A stretch of DNA of 64,000 nucleotides from Piedraia hortae CBS 480.64 (Eukaryota): contig MU005975.1 in assembly GCA_010093745.1 (NCBI GenBank), positions 186,001-250,000 on the forward strand, given 5' to 3'. This document shows positions 49,561 to 61,200 of the stretch, piece after piece. Position 1 is the first letter of the stretch, and the number at the start of each line of letters is the position of its first letter. The notes under the pieces are model-generated. The model had not been told where the DNA came from and did no database searches. It saw only the letters and a list, made by a program, of their open reading frames with translations. The position numbers and the translations under genes were made by a program.

Positions 49561-49947
49561 GGATGAGCGGCGGTTCCCTAAACCCCCCGTGCTTCCCTTC
49601 AGAATTTCAGCCAAAACACATGACCATAGATCCCTCCAAGTTCTTGCGCAGATGCCGATCATGGGAAATGCACCTCGAGTCCCGGCGCACCCAACGCCAC
49701 CACAGAGCGTGGACACATCCACAGCACGACGCTGCTGAAGACTGGCGTCTGCCTCTGGAGGAATTCAACAAGGCCCTTCCTCACATGGTCTGGCGGCGAT
49801 GATCATATCGTGAATTGCAATGGTTCTCACTATGGAAACATTCTCGGCAGGTTCCAAGAACAAGCTACAAATGTAGCGGCACGGACCGACTGTATCGCTC
49901 AGTAAAGGAATCGGGACCGTCGAAAATTTGAACAAATTCAGTTTCAT

Positions 49948-52900
49948 TCAGAAGGGGACTTTGCCCGTAAGATATAAAACAGTAAAATCAGTCTCTTCGT
50001 TGCAAAAAGCCATTGTTCGCCCGCACGATAACCAATTATATCCTCGCAGCTGATCAGGGCGTTTGAACATTTTCCGACCATTGACAGTGATCCAAAGATG
50101 TGTATCGTCCAAGGCCCAGATTTGTCGGCCGTGGAACATCGAAGTTGAGCTCGTCGCGGCGGAAGAGCCCGCCTGCCTTTGCGGCTGATCGGCTTCATTG
50201 ACTGCTAACCTGTCCATGACAGGCAGGAACGTTGACGACACAAAGCGGCCATCGATTAGTATCGAACCATACCGAAGGCCCCGATCGATTGTGCGCACAA
50301 TGCACGCCTTTTCAATGTCCCATTCACATATGTGAACATCGCTACTAGTGTAGAGCATCCGACCGTCTGCTGAGAAACATGCCCCAAACACGTAGTTTTT
50401 AGAGCGCAGTACCAGCGGGATTTGTGGCTCCGGTTCCCAGATCCTTATTGTCTTATCTACCGATGCCGATGCAAAGTTCTGCCCATCTGGAGAAAACGCT
50501 ATATCGCAGATTTTTCCCGTATGGCCCGTGAATCTTTCTCGCAGAACTCCAAGTTTCACGTCAATAGCCCATATCTGACCGTCGCGCAAACCGCAAAGGA
50601 GTGTTTTGTTGTCTGGAGATAACACAGGAGCAGTAACTTTGCCCAGTTTGTCTTTTAACTCTCTCAGTTCATCTGCATCCATGTCCCAAACCAAAACCGC
50701 GTCGTCCGCGGGGTTGTCTAGGGAGGCAACAACCACGAAACGACTGTCCGATGAGATCAGGATCCGGGTGAAATAACGATTCCAAAGCCTGTGATCTGTT
50801 AACCGCTGTTCGCAAGTTCGCGTTTCAATGTTCCAGACGCTGAGCTTGTTTCTCGGACTCCATAAGGCGAGTGATCGTTCATCCGTTGAAAGTGCAACAA
50901 TATTGGGACCAGTCCGAGGCTGCTGGCTCTTCAAGAGTAGACCCGCGTCCAGCTGTTTTATCAATCCATCATGACACCCCGCCCAGATTGTCTTCCCGTC
51001 GGGCGATGATGTCATGGTTGGGATGTTGCCTCCCCATCGCAGTCCCATCGGCTCTTGTTGCGTTTGAAAGTCGTAGTGATAAAGACGAAACCGGTCACCA
51101 AAAAAAATTTTCTGGCTGTCTGGCGTAACCATGAGAGAATTGACATGAGGAGAATCTTGCATGATCTGCTCAACTTCGTGGGTGGTGCAGTGAAACACAA
51201 ATATTGTTCTGTTTTCCCAGCCATGCGCAACTCTCGTGCCAGACCAAAAGACAACGAACTTGCCGTTTGGCGAAATGGCGATGCGGTTGATATCAGCACC
51301 ACCTTGGCATAGTTTTTCAGGCCCAGCTTGTGGGCTCCATTTCCAGATGTCTGTGGATCCCGACACCAGTGTCTCGCTATCCGACGAGAAGTGCAGGCAC
51401 CACACTGGAGAGTTATGACCCTTAAGCACCCGTCCGGCGCCCTCTTCGGAGTTGTTGTCGGCGTCCCAGATGTAAATCTCGCCGGTGTCCAAGCCCCAAG
51501 CGGCATATCGGCCGTTCGGAGAGACGGAAACGCTTGCTGCAACGCCTGGCAGTTTGATATTAATTGGCCTGGCGTCGTCTTCCAAGTTCCACCTCCAATA
51601 ACCTCCGGTCAACTCGGCAATGACCACAATGTCTTTTTCAGGGAACGCTGAAGCGGCGTCGCGAAGATAACCTACTGACGACGTTTTGACCACACTTATT
51701 ACAACTTCCGTACGTTTTTCTTCGGTGCCGCTTTCAACATCCCATAGTCGCACTGTGTTGTCGTAGCTAACGGTGACAAGCCGCCTCCAGTCGCTCGAAG
51801 GCGTTATCGACAGTATTACATCAATATGCCCCCTCAGTGTTTGCAACTCAAAGCCCCAATCGGTCGCGGCTGGCGGCCAAACTTCCGTCTCACTTCTGAA
51901 GCTGTTTCGTACGATACTGTTGCTCGGCGCAAAAGCCAGTGCTGAGAGATATGTCTGAAGAGGTGTTTCGTTCATCAGGTTTCGGTTTGCTGGTACCCAT
52001 CTTAGCGCATCGGCGACAACGGCGTGTAGCTTGGGCGAATATTTCGACTGCGCAGGGTTAGGAATACTTTTGGCAGACTGAAACAGAAGCAATACATACG
52101 TCGATGGCCTATCGCAGCTGCTCTAGGCATACTACCATTTCCCCAAGCTTGTCCAGCCAGGCCATTGCCTCTGTCCAATGAAGGAAGCTTGCGCGCAAGA
52201 AACGGTCGACTTGCCCGCCATCTTCAAGTGTCCTCTTGCTTTCGACTGCATGGCTGGTCCAGTAGCGGCAAGCATATTGTATGGACTCTGGGATATGCTT
52301 CTCGACATCCTCGGCGGACACACCTTTGCGTTCCGTTGCTGGATCTTCCAGCTTGCACACATTGCGGCCAAGCTTGGTTTGGAGCAACTCCAAGCATCTG
52401 GCAAGGAGGTCGCCATGTGTCTCCTCTTTGTTAACCCACCAGAACGGCGGTTCGTCCTTGGAGGTTCGGTCCAGAAGGAAGTCCTGGAAAGACTCGTGAT
52501 ATATCTGGACCTTGGCCGGAGATCCCGCTTCCATTTCCACACCACTGGGAAATTCGATGACTGAACTCAAAGGATTGAGGGCATTGGCCACAAGTACCCT
52601 CCTTCCTTCTGCGAGGAGATCTGTAAGCGCCGGGATGGCGAGCGGGGTATTTAGAAGAGCAATTGGTTTGATGACTTGGTTGAACCACTTGAGCCTTTCT
52701 CCTGAGCCAAAGGCTTGTTGCAGAATGTCCATGTAGATCTTGGTCAATGCTTCAGGACCAGTGGAGTTGCGCCGGGCCACCCACTGTGGTAGTCGTTCTG
52801 GGTCGGTACTCACGTCTTTGAGTATGGTGGAAGCTGCGATGAACAGTGGCTGAGATATCTCAACGAGTTTTTGGACAATGTCTTCTCCTGGCCAGTCATC

Positions 52901-54551
52901 GTCTAGTTCAGCAGGAATTTCATCCATATTTCGCTTCTCGCGAATTTTTCTGAGTTCGCACTCGCAAAAATAGGCCAAATCACGTTCGATAGTAGTCTCT
53001 TGCAAGTTCTCAAGTTTCTCGCGCCGGAGATCTTTTGGCTCCAACCGACCGAGCGTACGCGAGATTTCATTATCTGAACGACTCGTCACGAAAACTTTCA
53101 AGTACAGGGAATTATGGGCACCAAGTGTGGGCCAAAGTGTCATGGCTTGACCGATCACTTCCTCAGCATCGCACTGATCAAGAGCATCGATCACGATGAC
53201 CCTAACATCCGGTGTTGCAAAACCTGTTCTATACCCCGAAAGCGGCTGTTTGATAAGCATGTCGAACTGGCTTGTCAATAGCATGTCAGCGACACGATTG
53301 CTGCGGGAGGCTGCGGCAATCTTGTCGCTGATTTCAGGTATGAAGTGGGCCATTTGACGGGCAACGGTGGGAAACAGGTTACTTGCTCGATTCAACTCAT
53401 CCTTGCCTCGCTTGAAAAAGTAGCTCCCTACCAGATACCCCTTGCCCTCCAGTTCGTGAGCAACGGTTCGAGCAATCGTGGACTTGCCTGTCCCTGCCTT
53501 ACCGGATAGCCAGTATACCCTCTGTTCGCCGGCGGTGGTGGCCCAGTCCACTATGTCTTTGATGATCTCCACCCTGGTATCGCCCAGACACAAGTCTAGT
53601 TCAAAGGCGTCTGTCGAAACGTATGTCGCCCCAGCAGCACTTTGGAGAGCATTCAGGTCTAGTGTTTGTTGGACATCTTTGACCCCTTCCTTTATCGCTT
53701 GCAGGTCATCTTTCAGTGACTTCAATTGTTCGTTGACCCGGTTCCGTTGGTCCTTCTCCAGTTTGCTATCGCAAGCCCCTTTGTAGTGCTCAACGTCCCT
53801 CAGAAGGTCCTTGTATCCTTCCTTGAAGTTTGGAACAAGGTTGTCAGCCACAGATTGTATCAGGCGTTCCGGTGCGGACATGTCGCCAGTGTTTTGGGCG
53901 TGTGCCACGAATTTAAGGATGTGGCCGTATAGCTTGACGATACTGCGATACAAACCCCCAATCGCCGGCGTCCAAGTGAGCTTGCCATATAAGTCAAAGT
54001 ATACGTCGATGAGCATGCCAGTGTCTATCGTCGTTTCGATTCCTTCCAAAAGCGCCTCGCTATGTTCATGGGCCTTCTGAGCCACCTGGAGGAGTGGGGT
54101 TACTATGAGTTGTCATCCCGGAGCAGTTGCTTACCATCAGGAGAAAGCGAATGCCGGCCCACGGCAGGCTGAGCACCTCTGCCTGAACATTCGTCGCCAC
54201 ATCAAATACCGTCGCGAAGTTCATAATTTGACTGGTGATTTTCCCCATCCTATCACAGTACGAGCCAGATCTTTTCTGATATCGTTCTCTCAAAGCCAGG
54301 AGTCCAGCCTCGTCTCGCGCAGAGTCGTTCGGCAAATAAAGGTGCTTTTTAATAAACTTTCGATCATCGTCGGAAAGTTGGTCTAAAGCATCATGAAGTA
54401 GCCTGTACCTGTCCTTGAAGGAGGCTTCAGGTGTTTTTCCTAGGTCCGCGGCTTGGCTATACGCACTGTGTGGCGATGAAGGTCGCGGCGTGGGTGAAAT
54501 CGACAACTTCGATATCACCTTCTCTACCCGATCCTTCGCCCTTGCGTCCAT
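49948..54551 (-). CDS. NLR (HET-E-like NACHT-WD40) with a helical N-terminal domain; in-frame TAG at 52109-52111
   Basis: SLPWAGIRFLL N-domain, Walker A GKAGTGKST, Walker B VIVIDALDQC, HESFQDFL, YACRYW and several GH...WD repeats. Introns at 54086-54134 and 52048-52099. Confidence 0.9.
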
Positions 54552-55289
54552 GGCGGGCACAGAAATTAGTGAGAAGAAAGACTGAGGAAGACCTAGGATA
54601 GAGAAAGCTGTCGCAAGACTTTGCCATGCTCAAGGCTGAAGCCTGATGAGGGGTAAAAGTGGCGTGCATGCATACGGTTAACCGATGACGTGTGAAGTTA
54701 CATCAGTGAGGAGCAAGTGTTGGGAAGATTGCACTTCATACTAACCTGTAATCCCGTCAATCGATCATGGCGTCGGGACTTTTTCCCTCACACACCACCA
54801 TACTACTGTGAATGAGGAATCCCAATAGGACCGAAGTTGTGGTCCTGCGCGACGACATCTTTGTATAACATCGACTACATCCACAGCTCGCCACTCTCCG
54901 TTTAGCATTCGCAATGGGCAGGATATGTGTTGTTCTAAACGTAGTCTTTCAGAGTTGAAAGGAACCTAACAGTCCTCCCCACCTCTTCCCGCACGTCCCC
55001 ACTGAATACTGAGTTTTCGTCACAATTTCGAACTTGAGTTATGCCACGCACGACCATACTACATACCTATGGGCCTAGCCGGTTGCAAAGTTCTTGTCTG
55101 GAAGTATGGTGTCGCCGAACACGAACGAGCCGATCAAGGCTTCATTCGGCGTTCGGATTCCGAATAGCAAAAAAGCAACGAATGAACACGAACATGGTTA
55201 GGATTATGTAGTGGTGGCTAGATTACCTAAAAGAGGTAGCGCCTTGCCAAACTCGGCCTAACTATCTACACTATCACATCACTGGGTCC

Positions 55290-55400
55290 TCCTTGTACAA
55301 GGGTTTTTGGATGGCACACTTGCTGCGAGCATCGACAAAACATCTCGCGCGAAAGGCGCGAAACGCGGAAGCTTCTGGGCAATACTGTTCTCCCGCAGCT
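55290..55400 (-). mobile_element. hAT transposase C-terminal dimerisation-domain fragment
   Basis: Peptide LPRFAPFARDVLSMLAASVPS (cf. PxLAxxARDVLSIPASSV). Repeated CGAA/TTCG motifs lie just downstream (55115-55195). Confidence 0.5.
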
Positions 55401-55414
55401 GCATTGGGTCGCCG

Positions 55415-55777
55415 TGTAGCGATTGGGCTCCCGTGGGTGAGAGTGCGCAGCGGCCCGAAGAGGACGAAGCGATAGACCGAATCAGGGACAGGACAGATGA
55501 GGATGGATATGCGTCAATACCAGTGTCGATATGATAGTGTGAAATGATTATCCATCTCAAATGAGGGAACGTTCAGAATAAAAATTCTGTACCGGTGGGC
55601 CGGTGGCATCACGTCGTACACTAGCAGGGCGCATTCGCAATGTTACATATGACATGACCCTGAGGGGAAACATCTGTGAGGGAAAAACCTAGGGTTCAGC
55701 TGGTAGTGTAGGAGGTATCGCTGACTTGCTATGCAAGTGCCCCGCATACGCGCTAACGGCGATGCTTGAATCCAACA
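55415..55777. mobile_element. LTR family D without TSD
   Basis: TGTAG...CAACA ends. Flanks CGCCG/GAAAT belong to different elements. Confidence 0.88.
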
Positions 55778-56140
55778 GAAATGTCCCTTCATATGTAGTT
55801 TCGGAATCAGGTAGTTCAGGTCCACGCTGTTACAGTCTCAATCTTGTCACTTGATTACTTGCCCCCGGTTTCTCAGTTGTGATATTCCAATGCGGAGCAT
55901 CTGATAAATGTCGGATCTCAGCCTGAAAATTTGTCCGGTGACAGGCTTCTGCCAAGCGACTTGTCACAATCCACCTTAAGATTTCACAAAATTCAGACCG
56001 TCATAGCCTGAAAAGAATACTCTTTGATATGCTGATTTCAGGTCTCCTGAATTTCAGACTGTGACAGCCTGAAAATATGACCCTGTGGTACCCTGATTTC
56101 AGATTTCAGGTGGTGGCAGCCTGATGCAGGATTGGCTGTG
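55778..56140. mobile_element. Second, longer copy of the CMC-type right terminus
   Basis: Homologous to 48374-48557, with several AGCCTGA repeats. Ends GCTGTG|TA. Confidence 0.65.
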
Positions 56141-56149
56141 TAAGCAATC

Positions 56150-56950
56150 GAGCCTCCCGTTCGGTCCTTCACACATCAGACCCATTGCCTGGTGGAGTGG
56201 CTTCTGCCCTCCTTCGTAGCCTCTCAGACGCCTCTACAAATCAGATGCTGCCATACCAGTCCACCGGAGCACTTCGCAGAAGCAGCGCAAACCTTGAACT
56301 TGCTGGCCTCTTCAATCCGCGCCGTGTGCTCAGTGTGCCGGAGAGTGAAACGAGCTACTGTGCCATGTAGTGCTGAGCTGTGCGATTCAGCCTGGTTGGT
56401 TCTCCCCATCGCCAGGCGTTTCCTTGGCGATGTGCAATTTCCGTCCCAAACGCTGTTCTGCATAGCATTGAAGCATTCTCGGTAGTCATTAGGCAAGACT
56501 TGACAGGGTGTTCCTCTGGGATGTCAGCTGCCAGTGATGCACCCTGACATTAGGCGTGGCAAAGTACGTAATAGGAAGGGAAGCTTCACGATTAAGTCCA
56601 CAACAAAACTTGCGAGCTCCTGGAGTGCTGCCATAGGCACTTTCTCAAGCAAGATGGTACTGCCACGTCGCCACAGATAGTCTTGTGCGGGCCCAACCTA
56701 GCCTCTGCAAACCGCGATGAATCTGTGTAGCGCAGCGCAATCGCCTTCGAGATTTTCCGAAAAAACCGTTTCGCATGTTACTGTCGCAAATTCCGAGTTT
56801 GAAAACGCCACGTACATGTGAATTTGAATTCTGAAAGCCCGATGTAGACATTTCTGTTGCGCAGTAACGCCTTTGCTGATGCTTGGCCGTGGTAAGGCTG
56901 CGTTTTCGCACTGTATCAGACATCATGCCCAAAGTACACTTTAGTTACTG
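56150..56950 (-). pseudogene. Decayed Mutator-like transposase relic, copy 2
   Basis: Peptides IHRGLQRLG, WQYHL..CLWQH and GRTNQAESHSSALH. Homologous to the 31.4-kb relic. Confidence 0.35.
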
Positions 56951-57147
56951 ATCAGAGACTTATCGAACTGGAAATCTATCCAGTTGTATAGCTTGGGATC
57001 ACGATGTCGGTGTGTTGACTCATAAATGGTAGTCTGTCCGTTGCGTTCAGTGTGGTACGCAGCCTCTAGAAGTGGAGACCACGGGGCCTTTATCGGCATG
57101 GGTGACCACCTTTCGGAAGGGGGAAACCGATAACACTGTCCGATATC

Positions 57148-57637
57148 GTGATCATCAATATCCATGACCGTGAAAAGGGAGGTAAGGGGAAGACTTGTGT
57201 GTCAAGACCGTCCCATAATCCGACACGAATCGAACAGCATTTGCGGTGATGACGTGTGAGACGGTAAACCCTCTCATATAGTATAGAGCCAGGTCACGCC
57301 TGCGAGCTTAGATAGAGGTCGATGCTTCCCAGGGTTTTTACCTCCATAGGAGGAAGTTTTTCCTGGAACGAAGCATGGTGCCGCTCATGCTCTGTGCGTG
57401 CTCGGTGACGTGGTCTCGGTGAATGCGGCTAGACCTGGGTTAGCGTGAGGTGAAGTTCCGCACTTCATCTCACCACTCTATTTCGACACATATATACATG
57501 CATATATATGTGCCACACACATCATTGTCTGTCACATCCTCCAACATGACATCCTGTGACGTGACCACTATCCTCCGTGTGTTAGGATCCCCGGGAAGTC
57601 CAGTGCCTTATTAACCTCCTCAAGTAGACATCTGACG
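57148..57637. mobile_element. LTR family C, copy 2, split by a nested family B LTR
   Basis: The two halves are contiguous in copy 1963-2180 (inverted). Confidence 0.7.
57255..57546. mobile_element. Solo LTR family B, copy 3 (nested)
   Basis: TGTGAGA...CCAACA ends; TSD TGACG/TGACA. Confidence 0.88.
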
Positions 57638-57795
57638 CACTGATGGAGGCAAGGCGATGGATATGCTCCACACAGGCTAAACCTCAGGCCAAAGCATTAA
57701 CGTTACTCCACATTCGCTCACTTTCACCTCATCGCTACAACAACACAACAGATTTCAGAATTTACGGGTAAAGTAGCAAAACAAAGTGCTAGATG

Positions 57796-57938
57796 TGTTG
57801 TGTATGTCGCCATGGAGTGATCCGCAGGTGATGACCCACATCCCTGATCAGGGTTCGAGTACTTAGAAATTTTCTTGTGCAGCTCTAGATACACGTGTAT
57901 ACTGACACACCTGTGAGGTGCCGCTGCTTATTAGAACA
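57796..57938. mobile_element. Short solo LTR family G (143 bp), copy 2
   Basis: Perfect TSD AGATG. Confidence 0.92.
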
Positions 57939-58200
57939 AGATGGGCGTTTAAAGGAAGAATCTTCACTGCCTTGCAACGACTCCTTACATCCACCTCCAC
58001 CACCTCTCTCGCACTCAAACCACCCTCAAGTGAGGCCTCTACACCTCGCCAGACAGAATCTCAATGCCTTCACCAACCCACAACAAAACATAGACTCTAT
58101 ACCTCTAAACAGAGTTAACCTACCATTTCCAGCCCCGTCAAAGAACCCACCCCCAACCCGCCCTCGGTCCACGCTTGAGTCGAACACGAGGTAAAACCAC

Positions 58201-61200
58201 CTAGTCTCCACCCTCACTTCTCCCCCATCTCCATCCCGACGCATCAAAAAACACATCCACCACCCCACTCGCCGACCACGCCTGGGTAGGACACGAATCA
58301 TGACATAACGCTCCATCTTTATTCGTCAATTCCGTAAGACCCGCCCATTCACCCTCCTCAATCATTTTCATACAGGGTCTCAATCGTTCCGTGATTTGCT
58401 GATAAACCTCGATTTTCCCTTCTTCAGTTTTACGTCTCTGTAGGTCAAAGAACAGCATTGCGCGGAGAAAAAAGGATAAGGGCCAGCACCACTCTGGTCC
58501 TTGGTGGTAGTTACGCCCCTTTGCGGTTAGGTAGTCGGTTGAATCTTCAGAGTTGATGTAATAGGGACGGTATTCGTGGTCTGAGGGATCGAGGGTCGCC
58601 ATGCCAATTGGACCGCGTAAGATGCGGTCTGCTGATTCCAAAGCTTTGAGGGCGCGGTTACAATCAAAAAGGTCGGGGGCGACGACCATTGCGATGGGAA
58701 AGTTTGGTCTAAGCTGGTAGTCGCGGTATTCCTTTTTTCCACGGTAAACATCCTTGTAGATTCCGCGGCGGTTGACGAGTGAGGGATTGATATCGTAATA
58801 GTGCCATTCGGAGGATTCGGTGGGAACGAAGTAGCAGCGTCCAAAGTTGGATTTGATTCGAAGGGCCCACTTATAGTAGCCAAGGTAGTCTTTGGAGGTT
58901 TGGACGCCGGAGTGGGGGAAGTCGCCATTTGAAGAGAGGTTGGATAGCCAGTATACGGCACTGTAAAGTAGGCCAGTGATTTCCACGGGTGCGCCGTCGC
59001 GTGATGTGCCAGGTTCGCCTTTGTTGCCTGCTTTCTCGGACTCGCCCATCTTGTCCATCCAAGTACCGCAATTGTGTTCGTTCCCGCCGAAGAGGAAGCC
59101 TGTCTCCTCGTCTAGTTCAATATCGATATTGAATCCGTCATCCTTCATCTGCGAGTCAATCTGCGGGCCGGCATTCGCTTCACGGGCATGAATGCCAGAT
59201 GCGTGACGCTGCATGCATTCCTGTATCACATCTGCAACGCTGCTCTCAACGGAATACGCACGCTCGTCGTCCCACGGGAACCACGTATCATCATAAGGCA
59301 AGAAGCGCCGCTTAACCTTCTCCTTCAGGATAGACAACCCATCCGGCACCAGCAGAGTGTAGTCTTGCATATTCTGCAGGAAAAACCAGACAGAATCCCT
59401 GCTGTTATACCGAGGCGATTTGCCGCTCCCGACAAGATTAGGAACCATGCCCATATACACAACCGAGCTCAAAGCAAGCAGGTGCTCTCGTGCATCGGCA
59501 TATCGTCCAGTGCAGAGAAGCAAGCCGCGCATGGATATGGTGATATCCCTCCCCCAACAGCGAGCCCAATCTTGGGCGAAATGAGGCAGTCCAGCAGCTA
59601 AGGAAGGCACCAATTTATCCGGCCACAACGACGCATTCTCCATGTAGCCCTGCATTTGGCAAGAAACCATGGCGCACTGCTGCAGGAATCGTTGACCACC
59701 CCGAATATTATCACTCATCAGCTCCAATCCACGCTCGAAAGCGGCCCGATAAGCAGTCCCAACGATGATAGCAAAGACCCGTGGAAGAAGAAAGTTTGGC
59801 AGAATCCGCGCTGCGTTAAACCGCTGACGTAGCCAATCTGCAGGATGCGAGAGGTTGGAGTAAATGTCTTTCTTGGCCAGTTTGTCCAAACGACCGACAA
59901 TATAGTCTAACGCCCACGTTCCTTGACGCAAATGATCGGCCAGCGGATGACCAAGATCGTTGTGTGCAATGACATTACGGAGGATCGACCACCAGCCTTG
60001 AAGGCCGCAGTAGACGAGAGCACCCATATTGGGAATTGCATAGGCACCGTCAGCTCCACCACTCATAGCCCGTTCCTCTGCATCCGCGCGGTAGAGGATT
60101 GCATTGAGGTCGATATGGTTACATGCCGCAAACGCTTCTCTAGCGCCCTTGACGCAAAACTGTTCCAGACCCTCATGTTGCTCTGCAGCAGGAACAGAGG
60201 TCTCAAATAGAGCAATGGACCCCGGTGGGAAATGCTCAGGAATGTGCACAAAGGTATCTTCCCCTTTGCTCTCACATCGCGCACCCTCCAATTTCTCAAT
60301 ATGGCTAGGCACTCCCCGCAAAACTTTATCCGTCTTGGCAGCTTTTTTGGCCTCATCTGATTGGTCACAAACAAGTGTCCAAGCTCCAAGTGGTTTGACT
60401 TTGGTCCCCGCTAGATGCTGTGCTCCGAGACCGCTTCCTCCATCACTGCATCCTGGGTAGGCAGTGTGAGCTATGAGGTAATACCCGCGTCTAGTCTTCG
60501 GATGCATTCGATGGATAGTGATATACTCCCCGTCATGATGCAGAAAACTCTCATCGTAACCCTCTCTGCCCATTTGGTTATGAAGCCGATTTAAGAGACG
60601 CTTGATACCGCCGATGCCTTCAGTCACACCTGCACCAGAGCGACTGTATGGGGAAGAGTATAAACGAGTCTCCTGGACGAGGTCGATCAGCTCGGGATAC
60701 AGCTCATCATAGCCAAACACGGAACCCGACGCCGAAGCACACATGGCTACGAGAGCAGCATTGGGCAGCGTATCACGACCGTCACGTTTCTGCACCGGCG
60801 TCTCATTATCGTGGGTGCAGTCCATAAGCAGGGCATGGAGCTTCGACGGAATAATGTTATGCACAATGGCTTTTTCTGGCACATCAGCGCCTGATGTTTC
60901 ATCTGGATCAAAAGAACCGATTGGACGTCCGCTGTTGATATGCACGATACGGCTCATTTCGGCCGTAGACCAGCATTGCATTGCTTCCCGTATGAGACAG
61001 CTTAATCCCAAGCGTTGGCAGTACAAAAAGTCCATGGCTTCGCTTCCAGAAAACAGTTCAGCCGCAACAACGAGGTTCGGACGGACTCTTCTCGCAGCAT
61101 CGAGCATCGGCTCAGCAACGTGCAGCGGCGTAGAGTGACAATTATCAATCCTGAACCCATGAAAGTGCTTTGCCATCAACTGGACATATTCCGTCATAAA

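Noticed and set aside
50300..51900. High-identity WD40 tandem repeats of the het-e hypervariable type
   Set aside because: The WD repeats here are strongly diverged from each other, with no sign of concerted evolution.
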